This document shows, one piece after another, positions 17,703-26,748 of a stretch of 46,474 nucleotides of DNA. Within the stretch, counting starts at the first letter, position 1, and each line of letters begins with the position of its first letter. The DNA comes from a virus (taxonomy: Duplodnaviria; Caudoviricetes), in IMG/VR virus record IMGVR_UViG_3300017565_000025, positions 1 to 46,474 of that record; one strand, given 5' to 3'. Made by a program: the position numbers and the translations under genes. The notes below the pieces were generated by a model that made no database searches, was not told the DNA's origin, and worked only from the letters and a program-made list of their open reading frames with translations.

Positions 17703-17870
17703 TCACCGGCGAGGGTTCTTTTTGAGCCAGAGCACCGCGCGGTGGTGCCAATACTGCAATTCAGACAGCGTGAGCGGCATCACGCTGGCCAGCCCGACGT
17801 TCAAACCTCCGAAGACGAGCTCGTCGGCGAGGTCTCGGAGGCTTCTTCCTCCGTCGTGTCGGGTTGGAAA
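17703..17870 (-). CDS. -1 frameshift extension of the tail assembly chaperone (GpE'/gpGT-like)
   Basis: The -1 frame after G-GGT-TTT reads FPTRHDGGRSLRDLADELVFGGLNVGLASVMPLTLSELQYWHHRAVLWLKKNPRR* and stops 3 nt before the tape measure ATG. Confidence 0.75.
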   Translation of the reverse strand, partial: FPTRHDGGRSLRDLADELVFGGLNVGLASVMPLTLSELQYWHHRAVLWLKKNPRR

Positions 17871-18151
17871 AAACCCAGGAACTTCTGTTTCACCTCCCGG
17901 GCGACATAAGCGCTGGCCTGCGACAGCACCTCGACCTCTTTCGGCTCCACTAGGCAGACCGCGAAATACTGCTTGATGACCTCCGTATTCTCGACCACGA
18001 AGGGCGTACCTTCCGCGGACATCGCCACGGTTTGCGGATCTCCGATCTGGAGATATTCGTCGAAGGTCGGCTCGCGCATGACGATCCGATTGACCGGGCC
18101 GGCAGGCGAAGACAGAGGCTTCTTGAGCTGGATGGTGACCTGGTCCCGCAT
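17801..18151 (-). CDS. Tail assembly chaperone
   Basis: Between tube and tape measure genes; IVMREPT motif; slippery GGGTTTTTT at 17876-17868. Confidence 0.85.
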   Translation of the reverse strand: MRDQVTIQLKKPLSSPAGPVNRIVMREPTFDEYLQIGDPQTVAMSAEGTPFVVENTEVIKQYFAVCLVEPKEVEVLSQASAYVAREVKQKFLGFFQPDTTEEEASETSPTSSSSEV

Positions 18152-18152
18152 A

Positions 18153-18539
18153 TCAGCGCTCGATCACTTCGTAGGATTCCCCGGCCAGCGAGACGCCGGT
18201 GACCTCGCCGGTCGTCACGTTCTCGACCGGGTCCCCGACGAACGTCGCATTCGTGATGAGATGCTGCCGGCCGGTGTCCATTTCGACCACCACCACGCCG
18301 ATGTTGTTGGCGAGCAGCATCGTCTGGTCCCATTTGACGCGGCGACCGTTATTGTCAACCAGCCGGTCGAAGGAGCATTCCACCGATACCGGCTTCGGCG
18401 TCATGGTCTTGTACACCGAGCCGTCCTGATTGGTGCCGACCGAGCCCGTCATCTTCGCCGTGCTGATCGAAACCTCGCCGCGGGCGCGATACACGATGCC
18501 ATTGACCGTGATTGCGACGCGGCCGCCACTGATATGCAT
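18153..18539 (-). CDS. Tail tube protein (Mu-like)
   Basis: 128 aa, directly after the sheath; GGRVAITVNG N terminus. Confidence 0.8.
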   Translation of the reverse strand: MHISGGRVAITVNGIVYRARGEVSISTAKMTGSVGTNQDGSVYKTMTPKPVSVECSFDRLVDNNGRRVKWDQTMLLANNIGVVVVEMDTGRQHLITNATFVGDPVENVTTGEVTGVSLAGESYEVIER

Positions 18540-18575
18540 GAGAACCTCCTAAATCGAGATGGGGACGCGCCGCGC

Positions 18576-20084
18576 TCAGGCGGCGTATTCGAGGAAGGTG
18601 GTGACGTTGGCCGCGAAGACGCGGAGTTGGTTCACCACGTCGATCGGCAGGTACGCATTGACCCGATTCGGATCGGCGGACCGTTCAACGACCAGGCTCT
18701 CGGCGAACAAATCCGATTTCTCGACCAGACCACCGGCCTCGAGCATCTTGTAGGCGATGACACATTCAGCCTTGAGCATGCGCGGCGTGACGATGCCCGG
18801 CCGCCCCTCAGCCCCATCGCTGGCCAGCGCCATACGCCCATAGATCTGGGTGATCCTCTGCCGCATGAAGCGCGTGAAATAGACCACCTGCGCCCGGGTC
18901 TCGACGTCCAGCCAGGTGATGTCCTGCTGACCCCATGAATTGACCTGATAGGTCGTCAGGATGCGGTCGATCAGCACCTTTCCGTCGGCCGTCACCCGGA
19001 ACCCGCTGATGCCATCCTGGTAGAGCTGGTTGCGCTGCTGAATCGAGAACCAGTTGAACCGGGACTTCGGCGGGACAATGCCGAGCAATTCCAGCGTCTG
19101 AAGCGGCTGGCTGAGCCGGTACGCCTGATCGACTTCACCGCCAAGGTTCTTGTCGAACGCGATGCGGGCGGCCAGTGCCGAAGCCCAGCGCCAGGGTGGC
19201 GACGGGGAGTTCACCACGCCCATCACGGATACACTCGGATCGTTCAGCGCAGAGCCCGCGCTGGCGAGATTGCCGAAGCTGTCGAACAGAGAGGTGACGT
19301 AGTGGCCGTACAGTTGCTGGAGCGGCGACCACCGGCCGGACGTGGCATTGAGCAGCGACGCCACCGCGGCGAGCGAAGTCGGGTCCGCATAGGGCGCGCC
19401 GATCCAGTCGAATTCGGTATCACCCAGCGAGGCAAAGCCCGCGGAGAGCGAGGGCGTACCGGTCCCGGGGGCGCCGGCGGCAATGGTGGCATACTGCTGA
19501 AGCGGCCCCTCGTCGCCAACCAGGTCCTTGTCGATGCCGATCTTTCCGCCCAGCACACCCGCGTTCCGTGCGGTCAGAGTCACGACGTTGGACGCCACGG
19601 TGGCAATGACGGGGAAGGTCAGCGGCCGATCGAACTTGTGGTAGCCGGCATTGATGGCTGCGGCCAGGTTCGTGGCAACCGTTGCGTTGGTGTCGCTGGT
19701 GGTAACGGCCACCTGCACCTTCTCGCCGGCCACATACAGCACCAGAGTGCCCGACTTGCCCGCGATGCCGGCTGCGATCGTCACCGTGAAGGTCTGGGCG
19801 TCGCCGGCCGGATCGGCAATCGGCAGCAGCCAGATTTCGCCGAACGGATGGTTCTGCCGAGCCCAGATCGCCATCTCGGCGAGCATCGAGCCGGCGCCGG
19901 CCAGCGACTGGGGATCACCATCGAGACGGATCGGCGCATCCGCAGGGGCGGAACCGCCAGCGGTCTTCTGGCCGACAAGCAGGAGACGGCTGGGGCCTTG
20001 ATAGGGCGACTGACCTGCATTGATCTCGGCGTAGAACAGAGGGACGCGCAGGTTGGACGGGATCGTGTTGAAGGCAACGGCCAT
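18576..20084 (-). CDS. Tail sheath protein (Mu gpL-like)
   Basis: FNTIPSNLRVPLFYAE, GSMLAEM, DPNRVN...DVVNQLRVFA. Confidence 0.93.
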   Translation of the reverse strand: MAVAFNTIPSNLRVPLFYAEINAGQSPYQGPSRLLLVGQKTAGGSAPADAPIRLDGDPQSLAGAGSMLAEMAIWARQNHPFGEIWLLPIADPAGDAQTFTVTIAAGIAGKSGTLVLYVAGEKVQVAVTTSDTNATVATNLAAAINAGYHKFDRPLTFPVIATVASNVVTLTARNAGVLGGKIGIDKDLVGDEGPLQQYATIAAGAPGTGTPSLSAGFASLGDTEFDWIGAPYADPTSLAAVASLLNATSGRWSPLQQLYGHYVTSLFDSFGNLASAGSALNDPSVSVMGVVNSPSPPWRWASALAARIAFDKNLGGEVDQAYRLSQPLQTLELLGIVPPKSRFNWFSIQQRNQLYQDGISGFRVTADGKVLIDRILTTYQVNSWGQQDITWLDVETRAQVVYFTRFMRQRITQIYGRMALASDGAEGRPGIVTPRMLKAECVIAYKMLEAGGLVEKSDLFAESLVVERSADPNRVNAYLPIDVVNQLRVFAANVTTFLEYAA

Positions 20085-20086
20085 GA

Positions 20087-20302
20087 TCAATCCTCCTTCC
20101 GACGCGAGCGCGCCGCAGGTCGTTCGGAATCGTTCGGGATAGAAGACGGCGGCTCACTGACGACGACATCGCCGCCCAGGATAAGCCGCTCGTAATAGGC
20201 ATCGCGCTGAACGTGGTCGCCCTCCTCGGGCATAACGCGCCCCGCGCGTTCGGGCTGCCGCACACGCCCACCGGGTGCCGGCTTCACATAGACGGTGTCC
20301 AT
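20087..20302 (-). CDS. DUF2635-like small protein preceding the sheath
   Basis: VKPAPGGRVRQP...MPEEG...YYERLILGGDV. Confidence 0.8.
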   Translation of the reverse strand: MDTVYVKPAPGGRVRQPERAGRVMPEEGDHVQRDAYYERLILGGDVVVSEPPSSIPNDSERPAARSRRKED

Positions 20303-20310
20303 GATGATCC

Positions 20311-21060
20311 TCAGGGCTGGTCGAAGTCGGTCTTGCCGACCACGACGTGCTCGTCCTTGTCCTCGGTGCCGGCGTCGAAGCGCCAGTCGACCCCCTCGAA
20401 CGGGACGCTGATATCGGGCTGCGCGCTGATCGCAGCAGCCAGCGTGGAGCAGGTGTTCGCGCCACCGGAACCCGGCGGCAGGACGTGCGCCACCGTGCGG
20501 AGCGGTTCCGGCAGCCGGTCCAGACCGGTCGCCCCCGGCATCGGACCACCCTGATCGTCGCTGATCTCGCAGGTGAGGCTCAGGATGCGGCAGGCCATCT
20601 TGACGCCGGCGTCATCGGTCACCTGCCGATGTGCGGCGCGCCGCCAAACTCGGATGTGGCTCTGGAACGTCAGGGCGGCGTCGGTTGTGCCATTCCCCAG
20701 CACGTCGAGAACCTGATGCTCCAGCAGATCGAGCGATGCTTCCAGCCGAGCGTCTGTGTCGGGATAGCCGACAACATAGCCGTCCCCGACCTTGTGGCGC
20801 TCGACCATCGCCATCTCGATGACGAGTTCGATAAGGCGACGGAACGGCGGGCCCCCATTGGCGTCGCTCAACGCCTCGCCCGAATCCTCGTCAGTGAGGA
20901 CCAACAGGACCGGCTTTGCGTCCTCCGCGAACGTCTCCGGCGCGAGGTCGGATATCCGGCTGTCATAGACCCGAGGGCCCGCGATTGTCGGCCGCGCGCC
21001 ATCCGTCCCGGTCATCACGCCAACGGCCAGAAGCCGGACTGCGGTGCGGGCAAGGCTCAT
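20311..21060 (-). CDS. Putative tail completion/terminator protein
   Basis: TIAGPRVYDSR motif; lies between head-tail joining and sheath genes. Confidence 0.65.
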   Translation of the reverse strand: MSLARTAVRLLAVGVMTGTDGARPTIAGPRVYDSRISDLAPETFAEDAKPVLLVLTDEDSGEALSDANGGPPFRRLIELVIEMAMVERHKVGDGYVVGYPDTDARLEASLDLLEHQVLDVLGNGTTDAALTFQSHIRVWRRAAHRQVTDDAGVKMACRILSLTCEISDDQGGPMPGATGLDRLPEPLRTVAHVLPPGSGGANTCSTLAAAISAQPDISVPFEGVDWRFDAGTEDKDEHVVVGKTDFDQP

Positions 21061-21449
21061 TTCTTCGCCGTCAGCGTTAGAACCGTCCGCCCATAGCCGT
21101 CGGGTTGGACGCGAGCGATCTCATAGACCGCGCCATTGAACACTCTGGTCAGGAGGTCCCCATCCCGAGGCTGCCAGGTCAAAAGTGCATCATCAATGGT
21201 CGCGATAGGCTTCGACGCCGCGCGCTGGTAGGCATGATCGGAGGCGTAGCCGCGCGCGTTGGGATAAATCGTACCGGTTGCGTCATCGAATGTTCCGACA
21301 ACCAGCATCGGCAAGCGATCAGGGTCTTCGTCCCGTGGCAGGTTGACATCAGCCACCTGCCGGCGCCCGGCGAGGGTCAATGCCTCGCCGAACGCATTGT
21401 CGATTGCCCCGGACAGCTTCGCGTCGCGGGCCGCAAACGGAGACGGCAT
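21057..21449 (-). CDS. Head-tail joining protein (gpFII-like)
   Basis: PRDGDLL...YEIARVQPDGYGRTVLTL; position. Confidence 0.7.
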   Translation of the reverse strand: MPSPFAARDAKLSGAIDNAFGEALTLAGRRQVADVNLPRDEDPDRLPMLVVGTFDDATGTIYPNARGYASDHAYQRAASKPIATIDDALLTWQPRDGDLLTRVFNGAVYEIARVQPDGYGRTVLTLTAKK

Positions 21450-21739
21450 CAGTCCGCTTCCGCCGCCTCAAGCAGGGCCACGATCTCGGCCTTGGTCTTG
21501 GCCTCGGAGATGTCGACTCCGCGCTCGGCCGCCAGCGCCTCCAGATCGTCCTTCTTCAGCTTGGAGAGGTCGACTTCCTCGCCATCGCCCGCGGGCATAT
21601 CGACCGCCACGCCCACGCCGGATTTGACAATCTCCTTGGCGGTGTCATCGGCCAGGTTGAAGACGAAGCCCTTCGGCAGTCGCCGGCGGGTGTTCACGTC
21701 GACCGCGAACTCATGGTCGCGAAGCATTTTGATCCGCAT
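21449..21739 (-). CDS. Small protein with C-terminal HeH/Rho-N-like domain
   Basis: LSKLKKDDLEALAAERGVDISEAKTKAEIVALL; follows the major capsid gene. Confidence 0.7.
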   Translation of the reverse strand: MRIKMLRDHEFAVDVNTRRRLPKGFVFNLADDTAKEIVKSGVGVAVDMPAGDGEEVDLSKLKKDDLEALAAERGVDISEAKTKAEIVALLEAAEAD

Positions 21740-21760
21740 GGTGGGGCCTTTCTGATGGCT

Positions 21761-21796
21761 GAAACGCAACCGCCGGCGCGAGGCCGGCGGTTTGCG
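21761..21796 (-). terminator. Hairpin / weak terminator after the major capsid gene
   Basis: AACCGCCGGC/GCCGGCGGTT stem with only a short T tract. Confidence 0.5.
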
Positions 21797-21818
21797 AGGA
21801 CGTAGAGGTGGGTCCGGC

Positions 21819-22853
21819 TTAGGTGAGAGTGCCCTTCACCAGCAGCGCCGGGCGCTTCACAATCGGGAGCGGGTTGCTCTCGGTGTGGATTTCGATGCCC
21901 TTGTCGAACTTCATGCGCTCCTGCTTGGCGTACATCAGCTTGCCAGCGGGCGGAGCGATGTTCGCGTCGTCGAGGAAATCCGGCGGCGCGGTGTAGGTCT
22001 GGGTGGCGGTCGTGCCCAGCGGGACGAAGTGGCAATCGCCAGCGGCGACCGCCCGGCGGCTCACCGAACTGCCGTCGTCCTGAAGGTAGGAGAACACGTC
22101 GTGGTACTCCTCCCAGACGACGCCCTTGTGGACGAAGCCCTTGCGGACATCGTTCCGGAGCGGTTCCTGGGCGGAGGCGTACTTGTCATACGCCTCCTTC
22201 ACCTTCGGGTGGCTGATGAAGGCATCGAAGAACTCACGGGAGCACAGTGCGCGCACGCCGCTCAAGGTCTCGCCATTGAGGTTGTCCTCGATGTGGCGCA
22301 GCACCTCCACGATCTTGGCGCTGACATCGGAGTTCGCGTTGCCGAGGTCGAAGTCCACCACCTTCTGGGTGATTCCGAACTCGTCGAACAGATCGTAAAT
22401 CACCGTGCCGTCGGCGTCGATGATCTCGCCCTTGATCGCACCGACTCGCATATGTTCGAGGGTGCGGTAGTGCTTGGTGGTCATGTTCTCCAGAACCTCA
22501 TTCACGAGGTCCTGCGCGCGCTCGAAGGCCCCGGGCTCGCCGAGGCGGACGCGGTTCTGGATATCCAGCGCCATGACAGCATCGCCATGGGGGATGTGCG
22601 GGATGTCGAAGTGGATGAACTTCGGACCCCGGCGGGTATTTTTGGTCGACGGCGCACCACGCTCCCTAACCGGCAGGATGGTGATCTCACCATCGCGATA
22701 GGCAAGCCGGACATACGTCGTCGGGACCGGCCGGACGGGGAACAGCCCCATATTGCCGATCTTGTTGACGTTGTTCGGGACGACGTTGATGACCTCAGTG
22801 AGGACGCGAGCCGAAAACTGGTTGCTCGCGAAAATCTGGAGCACGGTGCTCAT
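21819..22853 (-). CDS. Major capsid protein (lambda gpE family)
   Basis: TLEHMRVGAIKG, FFDAFISHPKVKEAY, IHTESNPLPIVKRPALL. Confidence 0.92.
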   Translation of the reverse strand: MSTVLQIFASNQFSARVLTEVINVVPNNVNKIGNMGLFPVRPVPTTYVRLAYRDGEITILPVRERGAPSTKNTRRGPKFIHFDIPHIPHGDAVMALDIQNRVRLGEPGAFERAQDLVNEVLENMTTKHYRTLEHMRVGAIKGEIIDADGTVIYDLFDEFGITQKVVDFDLGNANSDVSAKIVEVLRHIEDNLNGETLSGVRALCSREFFDAFISHPKVKEAYDKYASAQEPLRNDVRKGFVHKGVVWEEYHDVFSYLQDDGSSVSRRAVAAGDCHFVPLGTTATQTYTAPPDFLDDANIAPPAGKLMYAKQERMKFDKGIEIHTESNPLPIVKRPALLVKGTLT

Positions 22854-22916
22854 GTTGGATTCTCCATAGATGGCCGCGAGCGGCCGCTTTCGCAGGAAGG
22901 TGGAGGCGAGCCGCTG

Positions 22917-23588
22917 TTACGCGGCGCGCCGGATGACGATGCCGCGCGCCTCAAGAGCAGCGATGGCGGCTGCTTTGTCGGCGTCGGTGATGGTGTCCGG
23001 CCAGATCAGACCGGTGTTCACCACTTCGACCGGACCGCGGGCAATGATCACGCCCTTGGCGTCGGCGCTGGTGGCGTCGACATTGCTGATCAGCACGCCG
23101 GCCGCCGACTTGGAGTTGGGGCCGGTGAGAGGCAGGCCGATGTAGTTGCCGCTGCCAACCGCCACGGTGATGTCAAAGCCGTCGCCGACCGCGAAGGGGG
23201 TCGCACCCTGGGTGACCAGCGCCTTGATCTGCTCGTCGATCGCGACGCTGTTGCCTGTGGTGCCGCCAATAGCGGTGTCGCCGAGGACGTTGCCATCCGG
23301 CCCTTCGAGCCGAATGCTCGTGGTCGTGGTGAACCGCGCCGAGTAGATGCCCGGCTTGGCACCCGCGAGAACCGGAGTCGTGGGGTCGAGAACGAACGTA
23401 CCGTTGCCGGTGTTGCCGCCGGATTTCGGTGCGGAGGACGCGCTGCCGACGGTCACACGCGCGAGGATAGTGCCCATTTCGAGCACGCCCTCACCGGAGG
23501 GAATGACAACTTCCTCCCGGGTATAGAGCGGGGTGTCCATCTTCACGACGTCGGTGACGCGCTTCGGGTTGTCGAGAACGAGAGCCAT
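22917..23588 (-). CDS. Head decoration protein (gpD-like) with internal insertion
   Basis: YTREEVVI...GTIL and AAGVL...IARG...LIWP...LEARGIVIR; between protease and capsid. Confidence 0.8.
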   Translation of the reverse strand: MALVLDNPKRVTDVVKMDTPLYTREEVVIPSGEGVLEMGTILARVTVGSASSAPKSGGNTGNGTFVLDPTTPVLAGAKPGIYSARFTTTTSIRLEGPDGNVLGDTAIGGTTGNSVAIDEQIKALVTQGATPFAVGDGFDITVAVGSGNYIGLPLTGPNSKSAAGVLISNVDATSADAKGVIIARGPVEVVNTGLIWPDTITDADKAAAIAALEARGIVIRRAA

Positions 23589-23628
23589 GTTGGCCTCCTA
23601 TGAGGTGGTTTCGGGGGTTTAGGAGGCG

Positions 23629-23991
23629 TCAGGCGACGCCGTAGCGCTGCTTGGCGCGGGCGAGGAAGTCCGGCTCGTCGGCTCTCTGCTTGGTGCCGCC
23701 CTCGGGCAGAGCCTCGGTGTGCTCGCCACCGACGCGGGCCGCGAGTGAAGCGGACGGGGCGGCGTTCTCCGCGACGAAAGCGCAGACGTCGTCGACCGAC
23801 ATCGAGGGAGACTTGCATGCCAGAGTCATGGCAGCGCGCTCGCGACCCTTCGTCCGATCATCGGCGAGAATGGCGGACAGACGGGCATGGGCAGCCTCGG
23901 TGCCGGCGCGGACGCCTTCATCACGAGCCGCTGAAACTGCGGCGGTGTGCGCTTCCTGGGTGATGCCGGCGGTCTGATTGTCATGGGACAT
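23629..23991 (-). CDS. Putative nested scaffolding protein (Nu3-like in-frame internal start)
   Basis: GGGAGA-ACACCT-ATG in frame within the protease gene, after a Thr-rich linker. Confidence 0.55.
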   Translation of the reverse strand: MSHDNQTAGITQEAHTAAVSAARDEGVRAGTEAAHARLSAILADDRTKGRERAAMTLACKSPSMSVDDVCAFVAENAAPSASLAARVGGEHTEALPEGGTKQRADEPDFLARAKQRYGVA

Positions 23992-24879
23992 AGGTGTTCT
24001 CCCGTTGGAGGTGGTCCGGGTCGAGCCCGTGGTGGTGGCCCGGAGGCCGGACAAAACTTCATCAAGCGTGGCGATACGGTCCGCGAGACCGAGCTTCACG
24101 GCATCGGCGCCCACGAATGTCTTGGCTTCGGTCGCCTGCGCAGCCTCTCGGCTGAAACGAGCGCCCCGCCCATCTGCTACGGTGTCGAGAAATTGGCCGT
24201 AGAACTTGCCGACGAAGGCTTGCATGTCGGCTTCAACTTCCTTCGACAGCGGGCCGAACGGGTTCCCATCGACCTTGTGTGCACCGGCATGGATCAGCGT
24301 CGGACGCACGCCCTTCTGGGCCAGTTCGCCAGAGCGGTCGACATGCAGCAGAACGACGCCGATGGAGCCGACAATCGAGGTTGGTGACACCACGATCTCC
24401 GTGGCCGCGCTGGCGATCCCGTAGGCGGCGGAGGCCGCCATGTCGTCGATGAACGCCACGACCGGCTTCTGCTGCTTCACCTGCTGGATCAGCTCAGAAA
24501 GTCGGAACATGCCCGTGGCCTCGCCGCCGGGGCTGTCGATGTCCAGCAGGATCGCATGGACGTCTTTGTCGGCGGCCGCGTCGCGGATCTGCGCCGCGAT
24601 GCCCTCGTAGGACGTCAAGCCCGAACTCGCGTTCAGCCACGCGCCTTTGTTCACCAGTGTGTCGGTCACCCGGACGAGAGCCACGCCATTGGCCGCGCGA
24701 GACAAACGAACACCGCCGTCCTCCCGGCGATGCGAACCCATGAAGGCGCTGGCGTCCGGAGACAGCGGCTCCGCTGATATTCCGATGCGCTCGTGCAGCA
24801 CATAGGCGAGCACTTCCGCCCGCAGCGGATGAACCAACAGCGGGCGGTTCAGCAGTCGCGTCGCTAATTCTGCACTCAT
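23629..24879 (-). CDS. S49-family prohead protease/scaffold (lambda gpC-like)
   Basis: DIDSPGG, MAASAAY, VGSIGV; start MSAEL is ATGA-coupled to gpW. Confidence 0.92.
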   Translation of the reverse strand: MSAELATRLLNRPLLVHPLRAEVLAYVLHERIGISAEPLSPDASAFMGSHRREDGGVRLSRAANGVALVRVTDTLVNKGAWLNASSGLTSYEGIAAQIRDAAADKDVHAILLDIDSPGGEATGMFRLSELIQQVKQQKPVVAFIDDMAASAAYGIASAATEIVVSPTSIVGSIGVVLLHVDRSGELAQKGVRPTLIHAGAHKVDGNPFGPLSKEVEADMQAFVGKFYGQFLDTVADGRGARFSREAAQATEAKTFVGADAVKLGLADRIATLDEVLSGLRATTTGSTRTTSNGRTPMSHDNQTAGITQEAHTAAVSAARDEGVRAGTEAAHARLSAILADDRTKGRERAAMTLACKSPSMSVDDVCAFVAENAAPSASLAARVGGEHTEALPEGGTKQRADEPDFLARAKQRYGVA

Positions 24880-25142
24880 GGACAAATCCTTCGCGCACCG
24901 GCGCGGATGGCGAAGCGACGCCGCGGCACCACCTGCCCGTTCTTGGCGGCACACTCCGCCTGGGCACGATCCATCTCCGCCCGGAGTACCGAGATGTTGG
25001 CTTGCGCGTATCGAACCTCCCGCTCACCGCTGTCGGTGCGGTAGCGGATCAGCGTTTCGGCTCCGCCGGTCTGGGCACGGTAATAGGCATCCCGCAGCGC
25101 CTCGTAGCGGGCGCAGGGATCACTCCAGTCCACGACAGGCAT
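24876..25142 (-). CDS. Head-to-tail joining protein (gpW-like)
   Basis: REVRYAQANISVLRAEM; adjacent to the portal gene. Confidence 0.75.
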   Translation of the reverse strand: MPVVDWSDPCARYEALRDAYYRAQTGGAETLIRYRTDSGEREVRYAQANISVLRAEMDRAQAECAAKNGQVVPRRRFAIRAGARRICP

Positions 25143-26731
25143 CAGGCCGCTTCTCGCTCTTCTTCAGGGTCTGGTAGCTGGACCTGTTGGCCATCGAGCA
25201 TCACCGGCGGGAGGCCGAGCCGTTCGCGATTGGCGATTTCGGCCGCCTCCTGCTCGTCGACGTCTTCCCAGTCCTGTCCGTTCTCGGCGCAGATTTCCGC
25301 CCGCGTGGTCACCTTCATCCGAAGGTTGATCTCGTTCGCCTTGGCGGACTTCAGCTCATCTGCGGTCGGCTTGGCCGGGCCGCGCCATGCAGCACGGGTC
25401 GCCAGCGCGCGCTTCAAAATGAACGCCTCGATGCCGCCGGGGAACGGGATGCGGCCCGCGTCGATCTCCTCCTCCAACCAAGCGCTATAGACCTGCTGGA
25501 GAAACCGCCCGGCGATCATCTCCCGGCGATACAGGATGACCTTCCACGCCTCGGAGGTCGCCATCCGGACCGAGGAATAGGTCGCGTTGGTGTAATCGCC
25601 CGTGAGGGTCTCATAGGTGACGCCGAGGCACCGGGCGACTTCCCGCAACAAGAACTTCGCGAACGCCTCATAAGTGCTGTTCGGATGCTCCGAGCGATTG
25701 AACTTCAGCTTTTCGCCCGGGAACATGTGAGCGAGTTTGCCGTGAACGCCGAGGTCGATCTGTGTCCCGTCGTACCAGCCAGCACGGGCGGCAATCAGGC
25801 CCTCAATGGTGGCGGGCCCCACGCCTTGCGTGGTCGCCTGCTCTCCCTCGTCCTGAAGTGCCTGAAGCACGTCCTGTGTCGGCGCCTCGCTCTCCACCGT
25901 GGCAGCAAAGATCGCCTGAATTAGCGCGGCGGTCAGCGTAGCGTCGGCCAACTGGTCATACTGGCGCACGACCTTCAGCGCCGGCGCCATGGGCGTGATG
26001 CCGCGCACCTGCTGCGGTGCGCCATCGAACACATGGATCACCAAGGGTCGGCCGAGCGAATCCCGCGCCGGGCGCTCGATTTCTTTCTCACCGAGGAAGC
26101 GATTCTTGACGTTGAACCGATAGGCGATCGGCATTCCGTCCGCGTTCATGCGGACGCCCTGAAACAGCCGGTTCAATGGCTCGGTGGTTTGTGTCAGCCG
26201 GTGTGGCTGAATCAACTGCACCTTCGTACCGGAGACCGCGCCTATGCGCTGGCGCCACGGCAGAACGGCAACGATCTCGCCAGTCGCGTACCAGGTCCGC
26301 AGCGCGGAGGCCGTCATCTGACCCAGCGTCATCCGCCCGGCCAGATCGCACTCCATCGGCGAGTTAGACCACGCCTCGAACCGTAATTCGACGTCCTTCC
26401 GCCATTCTGTCGCCTGCGCCTGGGTCCAGCCGATCGCGGCCGGATCGGGCCTTGCCATGAGCCCGAGGCCGGTGCCGATCGTCGACGCCACAGTCTGGTC
26501 GACACCACCGGACAACCAGCCGGAGTTCTGCAAGGCGTCGATAGCGCGCGCCGTCGCCGCAACCCACGCCACCTGCACGTCGTCCGCCGAATCCCGCAGG
26601 ACGGGACGCCAGCCGGCGAAGAACGAAGACATCTCGCCTTTCATGTAGGCTGCGCGCGGCGCAACCATCCCGCCAGTACGCGCCACGACGGCGCGCGCAC
26701 CGCGATTGATGAGGCGCGCCAGTCTCGACAT
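25142..26731 (-). CDS. Portal protein, lambda family
   Basis: QVRGITPMAP, LGVTYETLTGDYTNATYSSVR, TTRAEICAENGQDWEDV. Confidence 0.93.
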   Translation of the reverse strand: MSRLARLINRGARAVVARTGGMVAPRAAYMKGEMSSFFAGWRPVLRDSADDVQVAWVAATARAIDALQNSGWLSGGVDQTVASTIGTGLGLMARPDPAAIGWTQAQATEWRKDVELRFEAWSNSPMECDLAGRMTLGQMTASALRTWYATGEIVAVLPWRQRIGAVSGTKVQLIQPHRLTQTTEPLNRLFQGVRMNADGMPIAYRFNVKNRFLGEKEIERPARDSLGRPLVIHVFDGAPQQVRGITPMAPALKVVRQYDQLADATLTAALIQAIFAATVESEAPTQDVLQALQDEGEQATTQGVGPATIEGLIAARAGWYDGTQIDLGVHGKLAHMFPGEKLKFNRSEHPNSTYEAFAKFLLREVARCLGVTYETLTGDYTNATYSSVRMATSEAWKVILYRREMIAGRFLQQVYSAWLEEEIDAGRIPFPGGIEAFILKRALATRAAWRGPAKPTADELKSAKANEINLRMKVTTRAEICAENGQDWEDVDEQEAAEIANRERLGLPPVMLDGQQVQLPDPEEEREAA

Positions 26732-26748
26732 TCAGGTCTCTCAGGGGT

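Noticed and set aside
15345-17909. 854-aa plus-strand ORF
   Set aside because: Antisense shadow of the tape measure gene in GC-rich DNA; no motifs or RBS.
21792-23603. 603-aa plus-strand ORF
   Set aside because: Antisense shadow of the capsid and decoration genes.
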